This document shows positions 45,911-55,989 of a DNA stretch of 64,000 bases, one piece after another (position 1 is the first letter of the stretch; each line of letters starts with the position of its first letter). Under the pieces are notes generated by a model, which saw only the letters and a program-made list of their open reading frames with translations, was not told the origin of the DNA and did not search any database. Source of the DNA: Alphaproteobacteria bacterium (GTDB lineage Bacteria > Pseudomonadota > Alphaproteobacteria > UBA9219); NCBI GenBank assembly GCA_013289265.1, contig JABDAH010000006.1, positions 706 through 64,705 on the forward strand, in the 5' to 3' direction. Position numbers and translations under genes: made by a program.

Positions 45911-46408
45911 CTACCCTTTAAACATGGGATAGATTTGCTCCCCCGTATTGCCAGCATTATGGGGTGCCCCTTTTGGCAGTAGGGCTATGTCAAACCAATA
46001 ATCTTTCATTGTTCCTATAGCCTTTACCAATCCTTCAAAATTAACCGGCTTCTGGATGTAGGTGCTGGCTCCTTGCGCGTAGCACTGTTCGATATCTTCT
46101 GTGGCTGCCGAAGTCGTAAGAATGACAATAGGAATCTGTTTGCTGCGCGCATCACCTTTAAGAGCTTTCAGCACCTTTCGGCCATCCATACCCGGCATAT
46201 TAAGATCAAGGAAGATGAGAGAGGGTATCAGTGACTGAGGGCTTCCGGCATGGCTACCTTCCTGCAGCACAAAATCGAGCGCGTCCCGGCCGTTTTTGCA
46301 CCAATGAAGAGGATTCACGAGATGGTTTTTCTTGAAGCTACGCACTGTTGCTTCATGGTCATCAGGGCTGTCGTCGACAAGAAGTATAAGGGAAAGTTCG
46401 TTGGTCAT
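45911..46408 (-). CDS. Single-domain response regulator (CheY/Rcp1-like)
   Basis: 165 aa with the receiver motifs LLVDDSPDDHE, FLDLNMPGMDG and PIVILTTS. It overlaps the upstream kinase stop by 4 nt. Confidence 0.85.
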   Translation of the reverse strand: MTNELSLILLVDDSPDDHEATVRSFKKNHLVNPLHWCKNGRDALDFVLQEGSHAGSPQSLIPSLIFLDLNMPGMDGRKVLKALKGDARSKQIPIVILTTSAATEDIEQCYAQGASTYIQKPVNFEGLVKAIGTMKDYWFDIALLPKGAPHNAGNTGEQIYPMFKG

Positions 46409-48321
46409 GTTGCCACTCCATCATTAAGGGTGAAATAAAAAGTGCTGCCTTTACCGGGTTCGGATTCGACCCATATATGCCCATCGTGGCGTTCGACAAT
46501 CTTGCGTACGAAGGTAAGGCCGACGCCCGTGCCTTTCTCGTCGCCTTCTTCCTCGTTAAGGCGCTTGAATATAGTGAACACTTCTTCCTGATATTCCTTG
46601 TCTATACCGATGCCGTTGTCTCTGACATAAAACACGCGGCTAGCTACGGTTCCTGATTTATCTTCCATTCTGTCCACGCAGCCGATTTCAACCGATTTGT
46701 CCTTGCTGCGGTTATATTTGACCGCATTGGTAATCAGGTTGCGAAACACTTCGGTAACACGCGTCGCGTCACACGAAATAGTTGGCAGCAGTTTGGGAAT
46801 AGTGATTACGGCGTTTCTTTCGAGAAGCAGTGTTTCCATCATCAACTCGATATCTTTGATGACCGCGTTCAGGTCGGTCTCTTTCACAGCCAATTCCTGT
46901 TTTCCGATCCGCGCAAAATAGAGCAAGTCGTTCACCAGTTGCTCCATGCGCTCGCAAAGATAGGCCATGCGATCAAGCCGCTTTAAACCCTCTTCATCCA
47001 ACTTTTCTGCATAATCCTCCTTCAGAAAGATCGCATTGGTGCTTATGCCTCTCAGCGGTTCTTTCAGATCATGCGATGCAATGTAGGCAAAATCATCGAG
47101 TTCCTGATTGCTGCGCGTCAGCGCGGCAAGATAGTCCTCCGCGATTTTTTCTATTTTCATGCGCGCGGTTATGTCTTGCGTGATATTCGAGAATCCGACC
47201 AGTTTTCCTTGCGGGTCGCGCAAAGCATAGATGACAACGCCTGCCATAAACCGCCGTCCGTCCTTACGGACATGCCAGCTCTCGCTAGAGAATAACCCCA
47301 ATGCTGCCGCCGTTTTCAGTTTGTGTTGGGGGATGCCGGCCGCGCGGTCTTTTTCGGTATAGAATTTCGCAAAGTTCTGCCCGATAACCTCATTGGCAGC
47401 ATAGCCTTTCATACGTTCGGCGCTCTTGCTCCAGCTTTCTACCAACCCTTCGGGGCTGAGCCTGTAGATGGCGAACCCCTGCAAGCCGTCCACCAGCTGG
47501 CGATAAAGATGGTCGATGGCGGCCAAAGCTTCCGCCCGTTCCTCGGCGACTTTCTCTATCTTTTTGAGTTCGGTTATATCCTGCGTGACATAAGAAAAGC
47601 CGACCAGCTTTCCCTGCAGGCTGTGCAGCGCGTAGATGGTGATGCCTGCCATAAAGCCGCTGCCATCTTTGCGGAGATGCCAGGCTTCGCCGACATACTG
47701 CCCGGTTGCTGCGGCCGCTGCCAAAGCCTGTTCAGGAATGCCGGCTGCACAATCTTTTTCGGTATAAAATTTCGAAAATTTCTGGCCGATGATCTCTTCG
47801 GCCGTATAGCCCTTGATGCGCTCCGCGCTCTTGCTCCAGCTGGCCACCACTCCTTCAGGGCTGATCCTGTAGATGCCAAAGCCAATCAGACCGTCAACCA
47901 ACTGACGGTAGAGATAGTCTATATCGGCTAGAGCTTCCGCTTGTTCCCGAATCCGGTGATCTGCTTTGCGGCGCATGTAGGCAAGAAGGGCTACGAACCA
48001 TAGCGCCGCTATCGTTAGTACGCGGTTCAGAATCCCTATCCAGAGGACGCCATTGCTCGCAGGAGATATAAAATATCCGATGACCGTCAAGATTGTGGCA
48101 ATCCCCGCGAAAACAAAGGCCGTGCGCGGGCGGAAAAACCATAGGCTGCAATAGATGAGGGGAATGTAGAGAATTCCTGTCAACAGCGCGAGAGGTGTGA
48201 CCGCGTCGAGCAACAACACTGCTCCTAACGCTATTGCGATGAACGCAATGTGGTAATATCTGATGCCGGGATTCTGGCCATCTGATGTAGCGGATTGTAG
48301 GGTGGGTTGCCGCGAGGGCAT
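46405..48321 (-). CDS. Membrane sensor histidine kinase with two tandem PAS domains
   Basis: 638 aa with N-terminal TM helices and two PAS units about 135 aa long. The H-box is ASHDLKEPLRG, followed by an HATPase domain (RDNGIGI...GTGVGL). Confidence 0.85.
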   Translation of the reverse strand: MPSRQPTLQSATSDGQNPGIRYYHIAFIAIALGAVLLLDAVTPLALLTGILYIPLIYCSLWFFRPRTAFVFAGIATILTVIGYFISPASNGVLWIGILNRVLTIAALWFVALLAYMRRKADHRIREQAEALADIDYLYRQLVDGLIGFGIYRISPEGVVASWSKSAERIKGYTAEEIIGQKFSKFYTEKDCAAGIPEQALAAAAATGQYVGEAWHLRKDGSGFMAGITIYALHSLQGKLVGFSYVTQDITELKKIEKVAEERAEALAAIDHLYRQLVDGLQGFAIYRLSPEGLVESWSKSAERMKGYAANEVIGQNFAKFYTEKDRAAGIPQHKLKTAAALGLFSSESWHVRKDGRRFMAGVVIYALRDPQGKLVGFSNITQDITARMKIEKIAEDYLAALTRSNQELDDFAYIASHDLKEPLRGISTNAIFLKEDYAEKLDEEGLKRLDRMAYLCERMEQLVNDLLYFARIGKQELAVKETDLNAVIKDIELMMETLLLERNAVITIPKLLPTISCDATRVTEVFRNLITNAVKYNRSKDKSVEIGCVDRMEDKSGTVASRVFYVRDNGIGIDKEYQEEVFTIFKRLNEEEGDEKGTGVGLTFVRKIVERHDGHIWVESEPGKGSTFYFTLNDGVAT

Positions 48322-48659
48322 TACGTTCCTTGGTTAGAATGCAACATCAAGAGCGCCGCGGCGAATATGGGGGGCGGCCTTCAGCGTTTCACTGACCTTT
48401 TACTTGAAGGAACAGGCTAGCACTAATAGGCACGCATAGACGGACAAATGTGCAGGCTGCATGCCATTGTGTGCTGGGATGGGAGTATCGAGCTGACCTA
48501 ACAAACTTTTGTCGTAGCGCAGTGGATGTGACCGAGTAATAGGAATTGAGTTTGTCTCTATTGTGCTTCTCAATTTTTTCCGCAACAGGCATTCTCGCCG
48601 ACCATTGAAATGCCGCTTGAAGCGGACACTTCCAGACTATTAGCTAACTTTATTACCGA

Positions 48660-49775
48660 CTATCTTACCGTCCATGGTAAAGTTGTTTTCGTTGCTGGCG
48701 TCGATTGCATGCCGATTGGCAGCGGCGTTATAGTTCCCGATGGCGTACGGACTAGGCCGATTTCTTGAGGTTCTTTGGTGAGAATAAAAGTTTCCGTAGA
48801 AACTACGAGACCGTAAAAGGCTGGGCCATTCAGACAAAGAAATTTCTTGAAAGCCTCTTGCCCGCTGGGGCCACCCAGATCGATTCCAGCTTTCTCAAAC
48901 GCATCGGCATAAAGTTGCGGCGCAATCCCCCCTGTATAGCAACCTGCCGCCCCACAACAGGACGTAATTTTCACGGCATGTGGCGCGCTGTCGGTTCCTG
49001 CAAAGAATTTAATGTTGTCGGGAGAAGTAACGGCCTTCCGTAAAGCCTCCAGATCATCTTCGTACTTAACGAGAGGCATGCAATAAAGATGGTATTTCAA
49101 TCCCTGCAGAAGATCCCCAATAGTATAAAGCAGATGCTGCGGTGTAACGGATGCAGCCACATTGGGACCGGCTTGCTGGACAAACTCAACGCCTGCTTTG
49201 CTGGTAATATGTTCGGTCACTATTTTGAGGTTCGGAAACTTATCGACCAATCGCGGGGCCACTTCGCGGTAAAAAGAGACCTCGGCATTGGTTTCGCGGC
49301 CAAAAAACTCTTCGCCCTTAAGGCCGTGAATTTCGCCGTGAACATTCAAGATAACACCGTTATCTTGCAAAGCTTTCAGCACACCATTGTCCATATAGTA
49401 TGATAAATCGACGCCTTTATTGGAATTGGTGGTCGCGTGCGGTGGGTAATATTTGGCCGATTTCAGGAGTCCGCCTTTTGCTCCCCGTTCAATCATATGC
49501 GGCGTGGTTGAGGCCGTGAGGTAAAGCGGAATGATGATATTTTTGAATGCTGTTCCACCGGCTTCTAATAAAGCCTTGTTGTATTCCTGAATGCTAAGAT
49601 CATTGCCCGGTTCATCCTCAAATACTTTAGCAACCGGCGGTATCGTGTTTGGCATTGCCACAACCCCCGCGCAGCCCATTTGAAGATGCTGCTCGATGAG
49701 GGGTTTTATCAGGTCTCCCTGCCTGAAATGAACATGTAGATCGTACCATTTCGGCAAGGTTAGGGTCGTGGTCAT
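48660..49775 (-). CDS. pyrC: Dihydroorotase, class II (homodimeric type)
   Basis: 371 aa. The motifs DLHVHFRQG, MPNT, KYYPPHATTNS, VHGE, EHITS and FAGTDSAPH parallel E. coli PyrC. Confidence 0.8.
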   Translation of the reverse strand: MTTTLTLPKWYDLHVHFRQGDLIKPLIEQHLQMGCAGVVAMPNTIPPVAKVFEDEPGNDLSIQEYNKALLEAGGTAFKNIIIPLYLTASTTPHMIERGAKGGLLKSAKYYPPHATTNSNKGVDLSYYMDNGVLKALQDNGVILNVHGEIHGLKGEEFFGRETNAEVSFYREVAPRLVDKFPNLKIVTEHITSKAGVEFVQQAGPNVAASVTPQHLLYTIGDLLQGLKYHLYCMPLVKYEDDLEALRKAVTSPDNIKFFAGTDSAPHAVKITSCCGAAGCYTGGIAPQLYADAFEKAGIDLGGPSGQEAFKKFLCLNGPAFYGLVVSTETFILTKEPQEIGLVRTPSGTITPLPIGMQSTPATKTTLPWTVR

Positions 49776-49996
49776 TATCCGATTACTCCAGTGCCATACC
49801 TTTTGTTTCAGGAACCAGTGTAATTGTTACAATTAAATCGACAAGATAAATTGTTGATAACAACGCCACAGGAGAAAGAGGGGCATTTTGTAGCACCAGG
49901 CTCCCTACCTGAATGGCGTCTCCCCTGGATATAATTAGAACGCATTTTTAGAGACCATGTGTCGAATCTCGATAAGATTTTGCCGCCACATCTTAG

Positions 49997-51874
49997 TTAA
50001 GTGGTCAATTTTTTACCGGGTTTGCCCTTAGGGAATTTGGCAGGCAAAGTAGCTTTTGCAGCCTCCAACTCATCACGCAAATCATCCAACTCCGCGGACA
50101 AGACGTCCGGACATTCTAGCTTGACTTCACTTAGCATGAGCAACGCACGCAGAGCGCTTTGAGCACTTGCACGATTTTCGGGGGGACGTGTCTTATATCG
50201 CTCAATCACACGAGCAACTGTGCGTTGATATGCACGCTGACCCGCGGCATCAATGCGGGATTCATTGACAGTTTCCCCTGCCAATCTTAGATTCTCGCAT
50301 AACTCATTTCTCACCGATAGCCAAGTTCCTTGACTATCAATTGATATTTTGGACTCAGGGCCTCTTAATTCTGATAACCGTTCCTCAGCCTTACTTTTAT
50401 GAGCGTCTTTTTCCGCCCTTTCAATTTCATTTTCTAAATCGTGGTCAGCCAATTGCCCCGAAGTTTCTGCTGTTTCTTGTGCGCTCGCGGCGAAGTTGCT
50501 GCGTATATCATTGGCCATTTTTGTGATCGCATCAGGGCTACTGCCTACTTCTCCCCTTTTCAGCCTAAATAATAGTATTGCAGCTATTTGTCTTCTGGCT
50601 TCCCTATCTACTTTATCAAAACGATTTTCTAATTCTGGACTGATAATACCGCCATTATCAAAATAATCTGTACGTATCTTAGAGGCATGATCTACCAGGG
50701 AATCAGGATCTGCCCATCGATCCTCCCGCTCTAGAATCTGCTCAAACCTCTCCAGCGATCTAAGAGCCTCCTGACGACCACAAAAGGCTTTAAGAACAGA
50801 AAGCTTCTTTTCTATATCGGGCTCAATATTTCCGCTGCCCGCATAATAATTGCGCGCTTTTTCAATCAAGCTGATAATTTGGGATGATGTCAGTGTATCA
50901 GTTAGAGGATCATCCGGCGCAGATTGATTACCGATTACACGTTCAATATCCGAAAGCGTTATTTCGCCGCATAATCTGTTCGCAAATTCCGTGACCTCTT
51001 TGATTACCGTGCTCGTTTCTTCATCAAGAGTCTCTTTTGACGCCTTAAACTGCGCTTTAATGGGATTTGCTATTCTTTCAACTTGCTCGACGATTATAGG
51101 TTTTGGTTCTTTCCCCGCTTCTATGTCACGAAGGATGCTTATTCTAACTCGAGCCGTATTGCCATTCGCTTGCTCTTGCGCCTCTTTGAGACGACCATTG
51201 AATTCGCCCATTCTGCGTTCTTGTTCTTGCGTATCGAGATCGAGAAGAGAGAGGCCTGTAACAAAATCTTTTTTGATTTTATCGGCAGCCTGTTTAATTT
51301 CTGCAGGCGATGCTGGATAAGAGGTTGACGGTTGAGGTAAATTGCGAAGTTGGGATTCGGCATAAGATTGATAAGCTTTACCCTGCGCTGTCCGCATACG
51401 CTTGTCAAAATCGGGCTTTTCTTCAGCTCTTGCCACTTGCAAACGTTTTGTGAAGTCGGCCTTTTCTGGCGGTGCAGGATTGCCGGCTTCAAACTGCTGC
51501 TCGATGCCATCAAGATATTGCTCGGTGGTCTTTTTTTGAAAGGCTTCACGGAAGCGTTGCGAGGAAGGCTGGTGGCCGGCCAGCCTTTTGACAAAATCGA
51601 GTGTCTCAAAAAAAAACAACCTGTTTGTGGCGCTTGTTCGATGGGCAGATTCGACAAGAGCCTTAATCTCATCTTCAGGTGCCGTAACATCATCTTCAGG
51701 CTGCGCCAAATTATAAAATGATCGTCGAATAGTTCGGGCGCGGGCAACAACTTCTTCGGCGTTGAGTTGCAAATCCGCATCCCTTAACGCTGCAAAGTCA
51801 TGCTCTGCGCCGTAAAGGTCTGGTTTACCTAGACCGTGCGCCAGCAAGCGTGTATATTCAGATGTTTGAGGCAT
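49997..51874 (-). CDS. Large hypothetical helical protein (orphan)
   Basis: 625 aa, rich in Glu, Arg, Lys and Ala. I saw no TM segment or signal peptide. The C-terminal tail is basic (KFPKGKPGKKLTT). No family recognised. Confidence 0.55.
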   Translation of the reverse strand: MPQTSEYTRLLAHGLGKPDLYGAEHDFAALRDADLQLNAEEVVARARTIRRSFYNLAQPEDDVTAPEDEIKALVESAHRTSATNRLFFFETLDFVKRLAGHQPSSQRFREAFQKKTTEQYLDGIEQQFEAGNPAPPEKADFTKRLQVARAEEKPDFDKRMRTAQGKAYQSYAESQLRNLPQPSTSYPASPAEIKQAADKIKKDFVTGLSLLDLDTQEQERRMGEFNGRLKEAQEQANGNTARVRISILRDIEAGKEPKPIIVEQVERIANPIKAQFKASKETLDEETSTVIKEVTEFANRLCGEITLSDIERVIGNQSAPDDPLTDTLTSSQIISLIEKARNYYAGSGNIEPDIEKKLSVLKAFCGRQEALRSLERFEQILEREDRWADPDSLVDHASKIRTDYFDNGGIISPELENRFDKVDREARRQIAAILLFRLKRGEVGSSPDAITKMANDIRSNFAASAQETAETSGQLADHDLENEIERAEKDAHKSKAEERLSELRGPESKISIDSQGTWLSVRNELCENLRLAGETVNESRIDAAGQRAYQRTVARVIERYKTRPPENRASAQSALRALLMLSEVKLECPDVLSAELDDLRDELEAAKATLPAKFPKGKPGKKLTT

Positions 51875-52142
51875 ATTATTTCGCTAATTTATTCTTTGTG
51901 AAATCTTGCGAACTATATCTCAATTGACCCAATGTTATAATCGTTTTTAATAGTTTCAAAAGACTGTCTATTGCTATTTTTCATTATTAATCGAGATATA
52001 CATTGGTTTGCACGTCTCTGCATCACCAAGCATTGCTGTTTAAATATCCGGCCAATTCCCTCTCACCAGCTTTATATTATGGTTAATTTTTATTGGCTTC
52101 CCCTACTGGATACAATTGGAACATCCGCCTCATTTTAGCTGA

Positions 52143-52439
52143 TCATTCCTGATCGGCAAAAAGATATTCGGAAATTGCGCAATAAATTTCGTCAATAAAT
52201 GCTTCGGCCTTTTCTTCATTGCTAATGGAAAGGTTAAAGTATTTTTTCACTTTCTGCGGCGCTGGCATGCAATCGTCATCGATAACTTTGCCCAGAAAAG
52301 TCCGCAATGAAGTAATCACTTCGCGGTTGTTCATATCAGTCAAACCGCGCAGCATTTCTTCTTCGGTAGGATATATTTTGGGATCACAATGGTGCGTTAA
52401 AATTTCAACGGCACGGCTTTCAGACAAAATTGTTGCCAT
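52143..52439 (-). CDS. Hypothetical small protein (orphan)
   Basis: 98 aa, acidic, with no recognised motif. It lies between tRNA-Arg and the 625-aa gene. Confidence 0.4.
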   Translation of the reverse strand: MATILSESRAVEILTHHCDPKIYPTEEEMLRGLTDMNNREVITSLRTFLGKVIDDDCMPAPQKVKKYFNLSISNEEKAEAFIDEIYCAISEYLFADQE

Positions 52440-52589
52440 AGTTAATTACTACTCTCCTTTTTCTTCCACATAGAAACTGCGATCAGTTCGCGTATAATTG
52501 GTCAGTGAATTTAGCCGGATGTTTGCGGCAAGCATAACCTAATCTAATAGGAAGCACCGCATTTAATTGATTGAACTAGCCTATTTTAA

Positions 52590-52666
52590 TGGCGTGCCCG
52601 ACAGGATTCGAACCTGTGACCTGCTGCTTAGAAGGCAGCTGCTCTATCCAACTGAGCTACGGGCAC
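52590..52666 (-). tRNA. tRNA-Arg (anticodon TCT)
   Basis: The hand-folded sequence is GTGCCCG-TA-GCTC..GAGC-A-GCTGC-CTTCTAA-GCAGC..ACAGG-TTCGAAT-CCTGT-CGGGCAC-G-CCA. Confidence 0.95.
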
Positions 52667-52739
52667 TTGGGGCCATCATGAGGCAGGGTTACTAAGAATT
52701 GGTTTCCGCAAGAAAGAGGCCGGTTTTCAGGCTTTTTCT

Positions 52740-53063
52740 TCAGGAAGAAGCCTTTCTTTCCTCATCCTCAGGACGGGTAATGCGGAAATTATCCAGGTAA
52801 TTACGGGGGCTGATCCGGCGCTCGGAAGGCTGTTCCAGCACATAATCCCAGCCGTTGCGCACGGCGAAAGCAATAGCTTCTTCCGCTGTTGGGAAACGCA
52901 GGCGGTCCTTCATTTCACTGTAAGTGTCGCCCGCGCTGAGCCAGCCCATCAAAGGTTCCGGCATACGCGCTGTCAGCAATTCAGGTTCCAGCAACCAGCT
53001 ATGATTTTTGGCGCGGCCTGCCTGCGCTGCCGATTTTGCCGGCTTATAGATACGTACACGCAT
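52740..53063 (-). CDS. ETC complex I subunit conserved-region protein (NDUFS4-like)
   Basis: 107 aa. MRVRIYKPAKSAAQAGRAKNHSWLLE...PLMGW...F.T.EEAIAFA..NGW.Y is the typical pattern. Confidence 0.8.
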   Translation of the reverse strand: MRVRIYKPAKSAAQAGRAKNHSWLLEPELLTARMPEPLMGWLSAGDTYSEMKDRLRFPTAEEAIAFAVRNGWDYVLEQPSERRISPRNYLDNFRITRPEDEERKASS

Positions 53064-53257
53064 ATCGGCACTCTCTGAAAAAGTTAGGTGATAGTATGCC
53101 TCATGTTTTGGCCGAATTTGGTTAATATTTCAAGTCTTTGATATATAGACAAAAAGCAACTATACTGGGCCCAGAGCCGGGGGAATTGCCGCGCCCTATT
53201 AGGAGTGTCTTAGCCTTTATTAATTATAATCCTCATGGATATTTTGCGCCTGATTAA

Positions 53258-54325
53258 ATGGGTTCGGTTATTGCGATGGATTTAATGTCTCCGACTTCTG
53301 ATCCATTTTTGGAAGATATGCCTCTGGGGGATACGTCCGCTGGCGCCTCCCCCATGCCTGACCGCCAGAAAACATTCGCTCAGTTGCTTTTGGATATGCA
53401 GCGGCTTTCTTCGCCGGAAGCCCAGGCACGCGCAATGGCTGGCCTCGACCCACATTCAAACATTACGGAGCTTTTGGTCACGGCACTCTGCAGTGCAAAT
53501 CCTGAGCTCCGCAAAATTCTGGAAGCCCAGCATATAATACCCACTCAAACGGCGGCAGCGGCAGATGCAAATGAAAACGGCTCTGAAACTGTGCGCGAAA
53601 AAGATACCCCTTCTGTCATCACCCAGGACACAAAAAATACGACTGAAACGCGCGCGGATATCGACGGAATTTATTTATCGATAGCAGCTGTTAACATTGC
53701 CATTCGTGAGGCTCGGAAAAATTTTAAAGGTGATCCGCAGGCACAAACTATGGCAGCTGCCACAACCATTAAAGTAGCTACCGTTCTTAAAAAACTCAAA
53801 CGATGTGATGTGGATTCACAATGCGTCGCCACAGCAAGCGGCGTCGTTATGTCGACAATGAATGAAAGAATGAAAACGGATCTACAATTTATAAACGACG
53901 TTCATCACCAGCATTTCAATCAGGCTTACCAAGCTTTTGTCAGCGATGGTAGTCTGGCTGCCCATCTGGCGGGAGCAACTGCAGGCATAGATCAAAGTAA
54001 ACTTTCAGCCGATGTCGCAAATGCAATCGCAAAAGACTTAAAACACAGCTCTATCGATGCGTCGGTCGCTGCCATCATCAAGCAAGAAAAAACGGGCTTT
54101 GCAAACGATCCCCTGACCAAACCTGATAATACTTCTAAAAGAGTACCTTCCTCCGCGCGGCACAATCCCCATGCGCTAATGAAAAAGCCTCAGGGGGCAC
54201 AAACAATTGTTCCCACAGAGCCCGCGCCGGCAGCATTTTCGCTCAGCGGCGCAAAGCAGAAATTATCGGGTGGCGCCACGACACAACGGGCGCAACTCGT
54301 CCACAACAACAGGCTGTCTTTTTAA
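53258..54325 (+). CDS. Hypothetical protein (orphan, low complexity)
   Basis: 355 aa, rich in Ala, Thr and Gln. I saw no TM segment or signal peptide, and recognised no family. Confidence 0.45.
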   Translation: MGSVIAMDLMSPTSDPFLEDMPLGDTSAGASPMPDRQKTFAQLLLDMQRLSSPEAQARAMAGLDPHSNITELLVTALCSANPELRKILEAQHIIPTQTAAAADANENGSETVREKDTPSVITQDTKNTTETRADIDGIYLSIAAVNIAIREARKNFKGDPQAQTMAAATTIKVATVLKKLKRCDVDSQCVATASGVVMSTMNERMKTDLQFINDVHHQHFNQAYQAFVSDGSLAAHLAGATAGIDQSKLSADVANAIAKDLKHSSIDASVAAIIKQEKTGFANDPLTKPDNTSKRVPSSARHNPHALMKKPQGAQTIVPTEPAPAAFSLSGAKQKLSGGATTQRAQLVHNNRLSF

Positions 54326-54416
54326 GCTATCGCTCCTATTCGTCACGAGCTCGAATTTCGACGAAGTCGATTTACTGTGTTTTGGGGCTTCGGGCCACTA
54401 CCCGATAAGATAAAAT

Positions 54417-54493
<77 letters not shown>

Positions 54494-54552
54494 ACGCTTT
54501 GAAGCGCCTACAGATAATGGAAAGTACGGCTTGCCGCAACCCTGCTGTGCGT

Positions 54553-55089
54553 TTATTTTACGCCCTGCCCGGAAAAAGCTGAAAACAGCACTTTATCGCC
54601 TATTTTGAGGTCGTTTTTCTCGGCATCGCCTGCGTTTAATTCGATCACGGCGCGTATTGGCTCGCCGGATGACAGGGGCGTCAAATCAAGCGGCCGCGCA
54701 TGAGTAATGATTTTAACCACTTTGCCATCAGCCCGGACGAACAGCATATCGAGCGGGATATAGGTGTTTTTCATCCACATGCTGATGGGCTGGTCCGCAT
54801 TATAGATGAAGATCATGCCTGCATCGGGCGCCAGTTCGTGACGATACATCAGCCCGTACATCTGCTCCTCAACCGTGCTGGCGACCTCAACTTTATAAGA
54901 AACGTAGCCACCATCACCGCGCTGAATGGAAAGCGCCGCATGTTTGAAGTTCGGAGCGTCGTCCCGCTTTTGTTCGCGCGCATTACTCCACAGCAAAAGT
55001 CCCATGGCAAAAAACATCACCACCGCAATAAAGGCGAGCCCACGCACAAACATATCGTTTTCAAATCCGAATATTTTTGACAGTTTCAT
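54553..55089 (-). CDS. DUF192 (COG1430) domain protein
   Basis: 178 aa with an N-terminal TM anchor. The DUF192 pattern is [10 protein letters not shown]...GMIFIY...[15 protein letters not shown]. Confidence 0.75.
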   Translation of the reverse strand: MKLSKIFGFENDMFVRGLAFIAVVMFFAMGLLLWSNAREQKRDDAPNFKHAALSIQRGDGGYVSYKVEVASTVEEQMYGLMYRHELAPDAGMIFIYNADQPISMWMKNTYIPLDMLFVRADGKVVKIITHARPLDLTPLSSGEPIRAVIELNAGDAEKNDLKIGDKVLFSAFSGQGVK

Positions 55090-55958
55090 TCTGTTCTTTG
55101 TTTCTCAATTTCCGGTTTGATGTCGAGCAGCGGGTCGGTAGGCAGCTTCGCCAGGAATGTTAAAACGACTTCCTGCGAACGCAAAGTATAGACGTCATTA
55201 TGCCCGGCATCAGGCACAAATTCAGCCTGCTTGGGCTCATTGGCCGCAGCAAAAAGTTTTTTGCCGAATTTGATCGGCACGACCTGATCGAGCTCGCCAT
55301 GCAGCAACAGCAAAGGCATGTGAACGTTTTTAATTTTATCCAGCGAGTCATAGCGGTCGCGCAACAGGAAATGCACTGGCACCATCGGATAACGGTCCGC
55401 ACCGACATCCGGCACGGAGGTATAGGGAGATTCCAGAATAAGGGCGGCGGCGTTATATTCCGTCGCCATCTGCGTTGCCACGCCTGTACCCATAGATTCG
55501 CCGTAGAACACCATCGCCTTGTCAGGCACACCCTGTTTATGGAGCGCATTGATGGCAGCCTGCCCATCCATATATAAGCCTTCTTCGGAAGGTGAACCGG
55601 GATTGCCGAAGCCGCGATAGCCAACCATCAGTACGCCATATCCGGCATCCAGCCATGGGCGCACTTTATAATTGCGGTAGCCCAGATGCCCGGCGTTGCC
55701 CTGAAAGAATACAACCGTGAATTTATCGCGCGCCTGCGCAGGCCGGTACCAACTGGTAACGGTCAAACCGTCCTCGGTTTTACCCGGTAGCGGTTCCAGC
55801 TCCTTCAGCGCCCATTCGGAAGGCACAAAACGCGTCGCATCCGGAAAATACATCAGGCGTTTTTGCATCAGGCTAAGCGCCACGATGAAAACGACGTAAA
55901 CCAGCACGAGGGTAAGAATCCACCCTGACGCGCGCCGCACTAAATGCCCTTTGGCCAT
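55086..55958 (-). CDS. Alpha/beta hydrolase
   Basis: 290 aa with an N-terminal TM anchor, the nucleophile elbow GESMGT, and downstream LHGELD and GHND for the catalytic triad. Confidence 0.8.
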   Translation of the reverse strand: MAKGHLVRRASGWILTLVLVYVVFIVALSLMQKRLMYFPDATRFVPSEWALKELEPLPGKTEDGLTVTSWYRPAQARDKFTVVFFQGNAGHLGYRNYKVRPWLDAGYGVLMVGYRGFGNPGSPSEEGLYMDGQAAINALHKQGVPDKAMVFYGESMGTGVATQMATEYNAAALILESPYTSVPDVGADRYPMVPVHFLLRDRYDSLDKIKNVHMPLLLLHGELDQVVPIKFGKKLFAAANEPKQAEFVPDAGHNDVYTLRSQEVVLTFLAKLPTDPLLDIKPEIEKQRTE

Positions 55959-55989
55959 AATCTCTTTCCTCTCTTAATCGCGCCGAATA

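Noticed and set aside
49912-49919. AATGGCGT, shared with the 3' end and flank of tRNA-Arg (52588-52595), as a distal att repeat delimiting a 2.7-kb islet.
   Set aside because: Only 8 nt match exactly. A chance match within a few kb is not unlikely, so this is insufficient to call island boundaries.
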